A DNA stretch of 63,651 bases, counting the filler, from Octopus bimaculoides (Eukaryota): assembly GCF_001194135.2 (NCBI RefSeq). It is 5 parts of 5 records of this genome, joined end to end, with 100 filler letters (N's around TTAATTAATTAA, not from the genome) between each part and the next. Parts side by side here need not be neighbours in the genome. Positions count along the whole stretch, not along the records: positions 20,645 to 40,677 come from NC_069002.1; positions 40,778 to 56,769 come from NC_068991.1; 3 more parts are not named here. One strand, given 5' to 3'. Shown one piece after another: positions 28,636-41,380 of the stretch. Within the stretch, counting starts at the first letter, position 1. Each line of letters begins with the position of its first letter. The notes under the pieces were generated by a model. The model did not search any database. It worked only from the letters and a program-made list of their open reading frames with translations, and was not told the origin of the DNA. Both the position numbers and the translations under genes were made by a program.

Positions 28636-28850
28636 TTGCATGTATATGTGTATATCTTTGTGTTTCTTTGTGTGCCCCACCGCCGTTTGATAACCAGTGT
28701 TGGTTTGTTTATGTCCTCGTAACTTAGAGATTTGGCAAACAAAACGATAGAATAAGTATCATAAGGATGTCGATTCGTTTGACCAAACCCTTCAAGGCAA
28801 TGCCCCAGCATGGCCACAGTCCAACAACCGAAACAAGTAAAAAAACAAAG
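28414..28850 (+). mobile_element. Full composite SINE in the K2P intron
   Basis: Head 28414-28582, (TA)n/(TG)n, tail to 28850. An inverted tail fragment lies at 28345-28390. Confidence 0.75.
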
Positions 28851-29986
28851 TGTCGTCTGTGCGCATGCTCTTTCCGATCTGTTTCTCCACACCGGGAACA
28901 GCAGCACAGAGGCATAAAGATACATAAAGCGGTTTATGGAGACAGCGATCTCTGTGCATAAATAACAATAATTTACGTTCAATAATACATCGAATCCATC
29001 TCGAATTAAAGTAAAGCGTCAGTAAACAGCTCTCAGTTATTTGAAATCAATTCAATGGTTTTACACTCAGAATAAAATACTGAGGGCGATTTCATCGACC
29101 ATAAACACATCCAAAACATCTGGCTTTGAATCAAATGGCATATGTCTGTATATTAATACAATATTACTTTCTACCTGCAGGCGTGCTTATAGCCAAATGG
29201 CTACAACGTTTGTTTTGTAGCTGCGCGGTCTGGATTCGGTTCGAATGTGGGAAATCTTGAGCAAATGTTATTTTCTAAATCAGGTATGGGCGACCCTCTT
29301 TTCGTTTTTTACGAAGCGGGCTGCATGAGACCTGGATCGTTATCAGCTAGGCCGTACTATTAAGAAATTGAAAGTAATCTTTCGTTGGCTTGCTATTCAC
29401 AATGTCTGATGGGCTGTTGTTTGTAAATGACTATTCTAAAACCCCCGCATCTTATATGTGAAATTGGTTAGACGGAAACTATGTAGAAGCTTGTTTGGTT
29501 GATGGTAGCTGTACTTCAAAGGTATAGCCTTGTCTCACACTATATCACATTGATTCTGCCTAAGAATTATGTTAAGTGTACTCGCGTCTGCGGAATACTA
29601 AGCCATTTACACGTTAATTCAGGTGCAGATTAATACACTTGATCAAACAAATGAATGCTGGTCGCCGCGTGACAGGTATCCACCACCATCTTCCTATCTA
29701 CCTTTTGTATCACGCTCCAGAAATTTTATTCGAAAGAATAAAAATCATACTTAAAAATAAAAAAGAAACATTTAAATTTTCACGTCTGTAAGATTTGAAC
29801 TCAAAACGCAACGGCAAGAAACAGTCTAACGATGCGGGGTAACGATTCTGTCAGTACCCAGTCTTGAATGATTTTCTATTTATTAATCTTCACACGAATA
29901 GTAACTTTCTAACTATCTTTTGTTTTATGCTACAGAAGATATACCCGAGAGAAGAAACTGTTTAGTTAATATTTATATGAAAGGAG

Positions 29987-30385
29987 GGCGGCCAGCTGGT
30001 AGAGTCGTTGGCACGCCGGGCGAAATGCTCAGCGGTGTTTCGTCTGTCTTTACGTTCTGAGTTCAAATTCCGCCGAGGTCGACTTTGCCTTTCGAGATCG
30101 ATAAATTAAGTACCAGTTACGCACTGGGTCGCTATAATTGACTTAATCCGTTTGTCTGTCCTTGTTTGTCCCCTCTGTGTGTAACCCCTTGTGGGCAATA
30201 AAGAAATAAGAAACGTTAGCACGCTGGTCGAAATGCTTAGCGGTATTTCGTCTCTCTTTACATTCTGAGTTCAAATTCCGTCGAGCTCGACTTTGCCTTT
30301 CATCCTTTCGGGGTCGATGAATTAAGCACCAGTTGCGTACTGGGGTCGATCTAATCGACTGACCCCACTCCCCCAAAATTTCGGG
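29987..30385 (+). mobile_element. Dimeric Meta-like-domain SINE
   Basis: Two units joined by TTTGTCTGTCCTTGTTTGTCCCCTCT..GGGCAATAAAGAAATAAGAAACGTTAGCACG; same architecture as 55264-55700. Confidence 0.8.
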
Positions 30386-30920
30386 GATTAAAGGTGCAGG
30401 AACAGAGAATATGCGTGTGTCCTGCTGGCGACAATTTAGCACTTAAAACCATTTGCGAAGGCATAATACAAGTTGATCATCAATCCTTTGCAAGCTGAAG
30501 GTCAAAGTTTAAGTTTTCCTTTTCCCAGCCCATCGTAGCTTTAGTTATGTACAATGTTCTGTTTGTTTCTCGTTGTTTCTTATTGTGTTTTTCTTAGCAA
30601 GTCCACAGAAAATCGGTAAAAAGATTGATGTGAAACGTCTTCTTTGGCTCTTTCAGCCGAGACGATTCTGAGGGTAGAGATGATAGACAGCCTCAATACT
30701 TGATCGATACTTTATCTATCGAACCCAAAGGCATGAAAGAGCAAAGTAAACCTCAACGGATTTTGAAATTAGACCGCAGAGATCCAGAATAAATAACGCA
30801 AGGTATTTCATCTCACGCTATAGCGACTCTGTCAGCTTGATGCCTTCCTCATACAACGAATATAAACTACGTGATATATATATATATATGTGTGTATATG
30901 CAGTGCTTGGTAGTGCTACT

Positions 30921-30953
<33 letters not shown>

Positions 30954-31949
30954 ATCAGAGTTGTTTATCCCCCGGTTGGCCCTGCCTGTTCTATCATATG
31001 ATCTAAGTTCAATATTTCCTTTCATGTTTTCATATGTGAAGGAAATATAAATACCAGCTATATACTGGGGTAAATTCTTAATCGACAATACTATCTCCTT
31101 CCAAATTTGCGAGGCTTGAAGCTTATGAAAAGTAACCGGTACTTAGTTATCTCACTGTGCGTTCTGGGTTCAAATTGCGCCAACGTCACTACTACCATTT
31201 CATTCTTCCGGGGTTGAAAAGTAAAATAATAACCAAGATCGCATACACCCAATCCAGCACCAATAATTTGTGGTCTTGTATCGATATTAGAAATCAATCG
31301 TTGTCTTGTTTTACCTCGATTGTATCCATCTACCTGTTGAGTCCTGAAAATTCATGGCGCACAATGTTTGACGTAAAGATTTTTAAATAAATATGCGCGC
31401 GCGTGTCTGTAGTGTAGATATCGCAACTGGAAAGAAATTGAGATAAAAAACAGTTTTGTTTGATGTCATTTTGCATTATGCATTTTATCTTTCCAAAGTC
31501 GATAAAGTACAGTCACACACACACACCAGTTAAGTACTGAGATCGATTAAATCGATTCTTTTCATCACTAACGAAACGTGTGGCCTTGTCCCAATCTAAA
31601 AAGAAGTAATCATTATCTTGTAAATATTCCTGCTCTTGCTGAGAGCCCCGAGTTAATAGCGAACCGATAGCTCTGTAATGGAAGAAAAAACCTAATAGCT
31701 ATTAGCTGTCAAGGCATTTCAACTGTTACGATGTTACGACGCCATTTTGTTTTTCTTTAGAGAGGTGGGGCAAGGAGGAAAATCTTATCTCATCTATTGT
31801 GGGGCGGTCGATTAAACTGAATCAGTCGGGTGCCAGACAAACGCCTGATGGGATTTGTTGCCGTTCTTTGTGATCTGTGTTCCAACCACGTTGAGGCCAG
31901 CATTGGCTAAAATGTCTTTCCTTTTGTAAAATATTTGTTTCAAATTTTG

Positions 31950-32130
31950 GTACAAGGCCAGCAATTTCGGGGAATGTGCTAATCGATTACATCGACACCA
32001 GTGCTCAACTGGTACTTACTTTATTGATCTCTAAAGGATGAAAGGCAAAGTCGCCCACAGCGGAATTTGAACTCAGAGCGTAAAGACGGATGAAGTGCCG
32101 CGAATTACCCGGCATGCTAACGATTCTGCC
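31950..32130 (-). mobile_element. Meta-like-domain SINE
   Basis: AAAGGATGAAAGGCAAAGTCG..GGAATTTGAACTCAGAGCGTAAAGACGG. Confidence 0.7.
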
Positions 32131-32999
32131 ACCTGTCATTTCAGTTTGTTGATTTAGCGAACAATTGGAGTGCTAGAGTAGTGCCAAGTATGAATTGTTT
32201 TTGTGCAGTTGCGTAGTTATATGACAAGTGGTTGACAAAAAATAATGGGTCGAATACCTGTGATATTGGTAGCAAAGTTGGGGTGGTTGATGTAGTTGTC
32301 GAAGGGGTCTTGGTAGGATGTGAGGATTATGATCTAAACCCAAAAGAACAATTGTGCGTTAGACGTATTCTTGAGGTTATTTTATTGAAGAAGCTTTGGT
32401 TAATAACACCAAGTAATCATGGAAGTGAAGCGTCAGAAAATTAAAACAAGAATTGAATTTTTAAAAATTCAGACATTTTTGATGGAACAGGGCATAAGGA
32501 TGTTGTTGAAGTCTCTTGATTATAAAATTGTGCATGGAATTTAGGGATTTCTGATTTGTTCAACAAAGTAAAGCATTTTACGAGGCGAAGATTCTTGATT
32601 GTGTTGCGGATGAGGCAGCGTTTCAAGGAGTGTCTAAGAGAATGAATCTGGCAGCTGATTACCTGTCTCTCCGACAGACTGAATAAACACTTCATGTTTG
32701 TGTGACAGTGAATTTTGCGCAGTCGTCATAATATCTAAGCCGAGTAGAACAAAATCAGCGATTTGTACATCTGCACTATATTTCAACATTTCGAATTTAA
32801 ACGCTTTTAACAAAAGCAAATTGGTGAATGACGTCATCCATGTTAATACAACTTCCACGGTGGAACGACGCTAACTGGTCAATATGAAACTGCCAATCTG
32901 CGTATCCACCACCTTCACATATCTGCGCAGATAACAAGTTTGCTGATTTACAATATTTCTTCTTGATGAAGAATTTTTATAGCCCTAGGGCACCTAGGG

Positions 33000-33290
33000 C
33001 AACTGCCTTCTATAGCATCGGGCCGACCAAAGCCTTCTCATTGGGTTTGGCAGAGGGAAACTGTAACACTTTTGTCTTTATATATGCCCCACCCCAACTA
33101 CTGAACAACCGATGTTGATCTGTTTACGTTCCCGTAATATAGCTGCTCGGCAAAAGCCATCGATAGACTAAGTACCAGACGTCGAAAAAATAAATGCCGA
33201 GGTCGATTTGTTGGACATCAAGACATCGTTCCAGGGAATGCCCCAGTATGGTCGCAGTTCAATGACTGAAACGAATAAAGGATAAAAGAC
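33000..33290 (+). mobile_element. Composite SINE (partial head + tail)
   Basis: CTTCTATAGCATCGGGCCGACCAAAGCC.. then ACAACCGATGTTG..GGTCGATTTGTT..CAGTTCAATGACTGAAAC. Confidence 0.65.
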
Positions 33291-33355
33291 GTTCACGCGT
33301 GCATATGTGTGCGTGTATATGTTGTGCTGTGTGTGTGTGTGTGTAAGTATATGTG

Positions 33356-33395
<40 letters not shown>

Positions 33396-33404
33396 GTATA
33401 TGTG

Positions 33405-33455
<51 letters not shown>

Positions 33456-33638
33456 TGTGTGTATGTGTGTGTTCAGGTTAGAAAGACAGACCACGGATCC
33501 CGCCCAACAAAAGATCGTGTTTAAACTTGCGACAACAGGAAAACCTATGTGATTATTACTATCATTGATAACATTAAGATTCATTGATTTCCTATTCATT
33601 AATCTTCACGCTCAACTTTCGAATGGTGATGCGCATTT

Positions 33639-33670
<32 letters not shown>

Positions 33671-33852
33671 TGTATGTATGTATGTATGTATTTATGTATT
33701 TATGTATGTATGTATGTATGTATGTATGTATATGGAAGTGTCATACAGCAGCGCACATATAGACGGACATACACATGTAGCTACGGTACCCATACACACG
33801 GATATCTTGTATACTCACATAAAGGTACTAACGCGCGCTTGTGCAAGCACAC

Positions 33853-33890
<38 letters not shown>

Positions 33891-33916
33891 CTATATATCG
33901 ATATATATGTATACAC

Positions 33917-33999
<83 letters not shown>

Positions 34000-34009
34000 N
34001 NNNNNNNNN

Positions 34010-35160
34010 GCGGTAATTACAGCTTGAATTCTACGAGGTATGGACTCCTTCAAAGTTTCGATTGTTTCCAAAGGAATTTTTGTCCATTCTTCAGCTAAAA
34101 CAGTCTCCAGTTCTTGTAGTGATGATCGTGGAGTATACCGACTTCTTACTTGTTTTCTAAAATGCACCATAAATGTTCAATAATATTGAGATCTGGGGAC
34201 TGTGGTGGCCAGATAAGATGCTCAACTTCACTAGAATGTTCCTCGTGCCATTCAGTAACATCTTTAGTTGTGTTAATTGGTGCATTATCATCCTGAAAGA
34301 TTGCGTTTCCCTCCGGAAACAGTTCCGCAACCATAGGATGAATTTGAAAAGATAAAATGCTTAAATAGTCTTGACTATTAATTCTGTCATGAAGGGGAAC
34401 CATTGGGCCGGCGGATTGCCAAGATATAGCCCACCCAGATCATCACATATCCTCCTCCATGCTTAACATTTGGAAGAAGGCAGTCTGGATCAAATACTCC
34501 TTTTGGAAGTCCCCACACTTATACTCGGCCAGTGGTAGAAAATAATGTAAAGGATGACTCGTCCGAGAAAACAACATTCTTCCACTGCTCTAGGGACCAA
34601 TTCTGGAGGTTTTTTACTCTACTCTAAACGCTTTGCAACGGTTGTTTTTGAAAGTAGTGGTGTTCTGATTGCAGCCCTCCCATGAAATCCGACTTCGTGC
34701 AGCTCCCGCCAAACAGTTTTTGTGGAAACTGGGTTCTCGAGGTGATCATTAAGCTCTGCAGTAATTTTGGGAGCTTTTCTAACAATTTGCATAAGAGTCC
34801 GACGCTCTCCCTATCTGAAAGTTTTGGTTTTCTTCCGGAGTTTTGTTTCGATGAGGATGTTTTCCCCTCTTTCTCAACGACTGTCATTACTTTCGAGACA
34901 GTACTTCTTGATACACCAAACACTTCGGCTGTTTTCGTTACACTAGTGCCTGCCATACAAGCACCAACAGATAGATCTGTCATTTTAATGAATTTTAATT
35001 ACCTTTTTCTGATGTTATCTGAAAAGAAACAGCAAGTTTAGCAAAATATATTAAGCAACACTAATAATAAATCAAAAAGCATAAAAATAAACAAGCTTTT
35101 GACAGTTTTAGAGATATTTCAAAATTATGATACTATGATGCTAGGTGTTACCATTATTTT
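34010..35160 (-). mobile_element. Defective Tc1-like DNA transposon with DD36E spacing (Incomer-like), antisense in the K2P intron
   Basis: Frameshifted pieces: MTDLS..GACMAGTSVTKTAEVFGVSRSTVSKVM (HTH), GRKPKLS, FSDESSFTL (first D, ~34560), FQDDNAP...WPPQSPDLNIIEHLW (36 residues between D and E by count) and SIPRRIQAVI. The 3' end runs into the gap at 34000-34009. Confidence 0.88.
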
Positions 35161-35577
35161 AGGTGCATGCATTACATAAATACTTATAAACATGCATACA
35201 TAAATAGGTAGATATGTACACGTGTACACCCATCCATCCAAGCAAACACATTCATAGACTGATTGATACAGGTATAATTTATTATTGAGAAGCAGCATAT
35301 ATTCAATATAAACATGGCAATAAAAACATAAACGTTTCCTCCATTAAATGAATTTTCCATCAAGACTTATGTGATGCGTGAAAATTTCTTCTCTTTATTG
35401 TCCTGTAAAAACGGTTAAATACACCCACGCATGCGCGTATCTCACAAATCGCTGATGGAGCCAGCCAAGAGACAAGAACACAACCATATACACACATACA
35501 TGAAAGCACAGAAATACAAACGAATATGTATATATATATGAGAGTTTTTCAAGTAATGTACAGATATTGTATACACA

Positions 35578-35687
<110 letters not shown>

Positions 35688-36222
35688 TATACATATAACT
35701 GAATGAATTTAATAAAAGCAACTGAATATGAAACTCCATGAAGATTGTTCAAACTGAAGTCCTTCTTGAGCGACACATTTTTCCATTTGAGTCAATACAG
35801 AATTACAGATAGTATTTATGGATTGGTGCGAAATTTTTTGAAGAAATTTGTCCAATGAGCTTTTGAATTTTATGGGATCCGTTTCCATTTTGACGTATTT
35901 TTGTATGATATTAAAGGGAGCTGGACCGGTTGAGGTAAAGTAGTTGTGATGTAATATTATGTATCCTGAGTTCGATTTTTGTAGTGGGCGGATTGTACGA
36001 GGGCCAAGTCTTGGGTTGTTTTAAAAATTTATGCCAACATCATTTGTGCAATATTGATAGAATATTTTCCACATCAAAAGTTTCTTTTGCATCAGGTGAA
36101 TAACCAAAAACAGAAATTTGTTTAAACTATTCTATATTTTATTGTAGTTTACTGTATTCGATGTTTTCAGCATTTACTGGTTAGTTACCATGTATCTATT
36201 ATTTTGTATTTTTTTTTTTCAG

Positions 36223-37154
36223 GTTATGGACATATAGCTCCCAAGACAACGTGGGGACGACTTGTGTGTATTGCTTATGCCATTCTTGGAATTCCGTTGA
36301 TGCTGCTATGTTTGGCGAACATCGGAGATGCACTGGCTAACGTGTTTCGCTTTGTTTATTCCAAAATCATTTGTTGTGGATTTTGTCGTCGAAAACCTAA
36401 AAAGGATAGATCAAGCTCGATTGCTTCCCTAAAGAACACCAGTCAGGCCGTTCAATCGCAAAAGAAAAATTTCGATATTGCGGACAAAAACCCAGACTAT
36501 GAAATGAGTATGATGGGTAACGATAAAAGTTCTTATGACGTGTCTGTAATCGAAGAGCAAAGATATGAGAAGAAAGTAACGACAACCAAATTCACGAACA
36601 TGGAGAGTCCAAGTCACGCTCCATATTTACGTGCCAGACCCAACACCGTTTACAACGATTCCACGTCATCAGCATTAAGTCAGAACAGCGAGAAAAACAG
36701 CAAAATATATCCGGTTCCTATTCCGAAAGATGAACGGGAACCAATAATGGTGAGGACAAGCGAATACGACAACTATGACGACTACGACTACGACGAAGAC
36801 GACGACGACGACGAGCTAGCCGACGTCACTATTCCATTGACGGTAACAATGTTGGTCATATTCGTCTATATCATGTTTGGAGCATTGCTCTTCAAGTTGT
36901 GGGAAGGCTGGGACCTTCTGCAGGCCACTTATTTCTGTTTTATCACTCTCAGTACCATTGGCTTCGGAGACGTTGTGCCCGGAACGGATTTTGACAACCC
37001 ACAGACAAACATTCAGCTAATTGTTGGTGGCTTTTACATTCTGTTCGGTATGGCCATTGTTTCAATGTGTTTCTCACTGATGCAAGAAGAAATGGTGGCC
37101 AAATTTCAATGGATCATGAAAAAATTAGGAATTTATTCCGACGATGAAGATTAA
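36223..37154 (+). CDS. Two-pore-domain potassium channel, coding exon 2 of 2 (spliced product 443 aa)
   Basis: Acceptor (T)nCAG ending at 36222. Splicing restores TIG-YGHIAP (P1 GYG). Then M2 ([25 protein letters not shown]), a long M2-M3 cytosolic loop, M3, P2 ([18 protein letters not shown]), M4 ([20 protein letters not shown]) and TAA ending at 37154. 400+932=1332 nt. Confidence 0.95.
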
Positions 37155-37282
37155 AATTACAAGACATGAATAATTACATTCTTCAGTTTTTAGTCCATTT
37201 TGACTCCTTAAGTTACCTGGTTTTCAATTATTTCTAAGGAATTTATTACCCAAATATACAAAATACATAAATTTCTTTTTGT

Positions 37283-37319
<37 letters not shown>

Positions 37320-37751
37320 NNNNNNNNNNNNNNNNNNNNNNNNNNNNNNNNNNNNNNNNNNNNNNNNNNNNNNNNNNNNNNNNNNNNNNNNNNNNNNNNN
37401 NNNNNNNNNNNNNNNNNNNNNNNNNNNNNNNNNNNNNNNNNNNNNNNNNNNNNNNNNNNNNNNNNNNNNNNNNNNNNNNNNNNNNNNNNNNNNNNNNNNN
37501 NNNNNNNNNNNNNNNNNNNNNNNNNNNNNNNNNNNNNNNNNNNNNNNNNNNNNNNNNNNNNNNNNNNNNNNNNNNNNNNNNNNNNNNNNNNNNNNNNNNN
37601 NNNNNNNNNNNNNNNNNNNNNNNNNNNNNNNNNNNNNNNNNNNNNNNNNNNNNNNNNNNNNNNNNNNNNNNNNNNNNNNNNNNNNNNNNNNNNNNNNNNN
37701 NNNNNNNNNNNNNNNNNNNNNNNNNNNNNNNNNNNNNNNNNNNNNNNNNNN

Positions 37752-37922
37752 NCGTTTCTCCTTCCGTTTCTCCTCCCGTTTCTCCTTCCGTTTCTCCTCC
37801 CGTTTCTTCTTCCGTTTCTCCTCCCGATTCTCCTCCCGATTCTTCTTCCGTTTCTCCTTCCGTTTCTCCTTCCGTTTCTCCTCCCGTTTCTCCTTCCGTT
37901 TCTCCTCTCGTTTCTCCTTCAT
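37752..37922. repeat. 12-bp minisatellite CCGTTTCTCCT(T/C), ~14 copies
   Basis: Visible tandem array immediately after a gap downstream of the K2P stop. Confidence 0.9.
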
Positions 37923-38583
37923 TCGGGTCTACTGTTTGAATTTCAATAACTCCTTCTATATTTCAAAGGCCATCGTTCCATTTTGACCGTCTGTATGTTC
38001 TGAGTTCAAATTCCACCGAGGTCAACTTTGCCTTTCATCTTTTCAGGGGTCAATAAAATAATGCCAGTGAAACTCAACCCCCTCCGCCGAAATTTCAGGC
38101 CTTGTGCCTTTAGTAGAACAACCAGCCTACGTTCGTGAAATAAACGTGCAAAGTGGCTGAGTACTTCATAGACATGCGCAACCTTAAAGCAGTTCTCAGA
38201 GATATTCAGCGTGACATAGAACAGAAATGGGTTGTTCAAGGACATGATATGCTGCCAGTTATCGAACTCACAACCTTTTTATCGTGGAGCCTAACCACTA
38301 AGCCCTGCGTCTTCTTATACACACACACACACACACGCACACACAAACAGAGGTTCCAGCCAATTCTATTCCATCTTTCATGGACTGTTTGGTGGAGCAA
38401 TTTCATCTTTTGGTCGGAATTAACAAGTTTGGCACTGGATGTTGCTGATATTTCCGTCAGTTTTTTTTTTCCGGTGATTGCATTGCAGAAGGCTCCACTG
38501 TTTTTAGAGTCTATGCAGCACCATTCCACACATTACAGACATATACACATCACTCTCTCTCCATCTCTCTATCAATCAATCAG

Positions 38584-38650
<67 letters not shown>

Positions 38651-38700
38651 GTCTGTCTGTCTGTCTATTGGTGTGTCTATCTGTCAATTTATATTCGTAC

Positions 38701-38787
<87 letters not shown>

Positions 38788-39309
38788 ATATATTATATGT
38801 AAAATCTAAATCTAAATATGTAATATAATATATAAATATTATACCTATCTATATATATGTATATATGTGTGTATAAATATGTATCTAACTATCTATCTGT
38901 ATATATATATATACAGTGTCTCTGTGGTCCATACTTCACCGGTAAGAGATATTCTTTGTTAATAATCACTCAGGTAATGTACATGTCCGCTGCTTGATTC
39001 GATCCAGTAAACCGTACAATACTCTTGCCTCTTTAATATTGTCTACTGGTATATCTTTTAACCACACCTACTGTAATTACATTTTGAATGGCAACGCTGA
39101 CACTGTTGATTCCTCTCACTTGCAACATCTTATTCTTATCCAATTGATAACGTTGTTGTTACTTTATTGCCTTAACCTAATAATAATTGTTTTAAATTAT
39201 TATAATTAAATTATATTTGATGAAATAAACAAAACAGAACTTAAGTGGAATTAACAAATGTTATTTCAATCGATGTAGCACTGGTGAATCTAAAGATCTA
39301 ATCTGGAAT

Positions 39310-39362
<53 letters not shown>

Positions 39363-39393
39363 TAATAAATATAATAATAATATTACTAGTGTT

Positions 39394-39700
39394 CATAATA
39401 CTGCGGCAAAAGAATATTACAAGCTGAGAAAATATGAAGATTTTCTGATTGAAATTTTAAAAAATAGTGGAATCTTAAGACGATTTCTATACCAATGGTT
39501 GTAGCAGCACTTAGAATGATCAAAAACGGAACCGAAAATTATTTGAGAATGATTCTTTGTTTACCATCTCCGCAAGAAATGCAAAAAATTCCCCAAAATA
39601 AAAAAACGTATGAGGGTTTATGTGAGATGCTTAAACTAGAATTCCACCATGCATTCTAGACTTGGCCCAAGTCTAGCAAGAAGTAGATATGAATAATATT
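39394..39700 (+). mobile_element. 5'-truncated R4/Dong-clade non-LTR retrotransposon 3' end, directly after a (TAA)n tract
   Basis: KEYYKLRKYEDFLIEI / WNLKTISIPMVVAALRMIKNGTENYL..PSPQEMQKI resembles the C-terminal restriction-like endonuclease region. (TAA)n at ~39308-39385. Confidence 0.65.
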
Positions 39701-39847
39701 GACCCAAGGTAAAATCAATCTCAGCAGCACTTGGAAAGAGAGCATAAAGAACCGGAAGAAATTTTAATAAACATTTTTTCAGGTACGGTAATAATACTGC
39801 CTGCACGCCGCCTTCTCGCTTTTTAATATGTTAAAATATGCAAAAGC

Positions 39848-40060
39848 GAAGGCGGCGAGCTGGCAGAGTGGTTAGCACGCCGGGCGAAATGCTTAACTGT
39901 ATTTCGTGTCTTTACGTTCTGAGTTCAAATTCTGCTTAGGTCAAATTTGCTTTTCATCGTTTGGGAGTCGATATAATAAGTACTAGTTAAGCACTAGGGT
40001 TGACCTAATAGACTTACTTCCTCGCCCAAACTTGCTGGCCTTGTGCTAAAATTTGAAACC
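39848..40060 (+). mobile_element. Meta-like-domain SINE
   Basis: GGCGGCGAGCTGGCAGAGTGGTTAGCACGCCGGGCGAAATGC..GTTCTGAGTTCAAATTC. Confidence 0.75.
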
Positions 40061-40677
40061 AACATATTAAAATATACATTGTTAGAATACTCTTTATTGG
40101 GAGATTTGGGGGTACATGTCGTTGCTATTTCTAGAAGGTGAGTGACAACATAAAATCAAGAGATGGTCAGTCAACATATTCTTTAGTCTACGTTCAGACA
40201 TGATCAACCAAAGCTATGATGAAAGTCATGACTATCCGAGAGTGCAGCATGCAAGCAGACTCTTTACCGCACTAGAAAAAATGCTTATTTCGACAAATTG
40301 AACGTCGGACTTCACACGCCTATTTACCACCACCTCACGAAGATAGGAGGGTGTGCTTTAATCGATATTTCATTAATATATCTAAGTGAGCGATCGGTGA
40401 AGACTTAAACAGCAAATTAGGATCAGCAATATATGTAAGAATTAGGGAGCAAAAAAAAACCCCTTCATTTTCCACGTTTTATCTAAATTATATCTGCAAA
40501 AATAAAGTTTTGACATTATAATATTGTTTCATATCAAAGAAAGGCCTTCAAGCAACAAACGGGCCATAATAATAACTTTATAAAAACCGGAAGTATGAGG
40601 GAACATGAGAAAAGTAAAATGAAAAAAAAAGTAACATGAAAAACAATTTTTTTCAAGGGACATCACTCTCAAGAACA

Positions 40678-40777
40678 NNNNNNNNNNNNNNNNNNNNNNN
40701 NNNNNNNNNNNNNNNNNNNNNTTAATTAATTAANNNNNNNNNNNNNNNNNNNNNNNNNNNNNNNNNNNNNNNNNNNN
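40678..40777. other. Artificial 100-bp scaffold linker
   Basis: TTAATTAATTAA at 40722-40733 between N runs. Confidence 0.9.
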
Positions 40778-41283
40778 TATATATATATATATATATATAT
40801 ACATATATATACATGCATACATATATATATATATATAGGGAAATAGAGGGAGAGAGTGAGATATATATATATATATATATATATTTACAGGTATACGTAT
40901 ATAGAGAGGTATATAATTGCCAACACCTGGCTCATGTCAGGTGTTTTGTATTCACCATCCACAAGTATTGTGGAACATAGGTATGAAGACAAATTGCGAC
41001 AACGCTTTGCTCATAGTTAAATCGATGATGTTATCAATCAAACTGTTATAGGAATAAAAGAGAGAAAACGGGAGATGGAGAGGTGGCGCTACCACTAAGG
41101 AGAGCAATGATGACGCACGGAGAAGTATTATGCATGTGCATATTCTTGGACGTGTGTGTGTGTGTGTATTTGTGTGTGTGGACTTACTTGCATACTCATA
41201 CCTACCGGCATATGTCACAGATTTTGTCAAGAATATATATATAATATAATATATATATATTATATAAGTGTGTGGTTGATGGT

Positions 41284-41380
<97 letters not shown>

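Noticed and set aside
32230-32860. Possible Penelope N-terminal remnant
   Set aside because: Only a vague resemblance (LKRCLIRNTIKNLR); no diagnostic motif.
36204-36222. ORF-track start MYFFFS for the 316-aa ORF
   Set aside because: This is the intronic polypyrimidine tract; the true exon begins at 36223 after the AG.
36700-36760. Calcineurin PxIxIT/LxVP docking sites (PIMVRT, YPVP) in the K2P loop
   Set aside because: Both deviate at key positions; not supportable without functional data.
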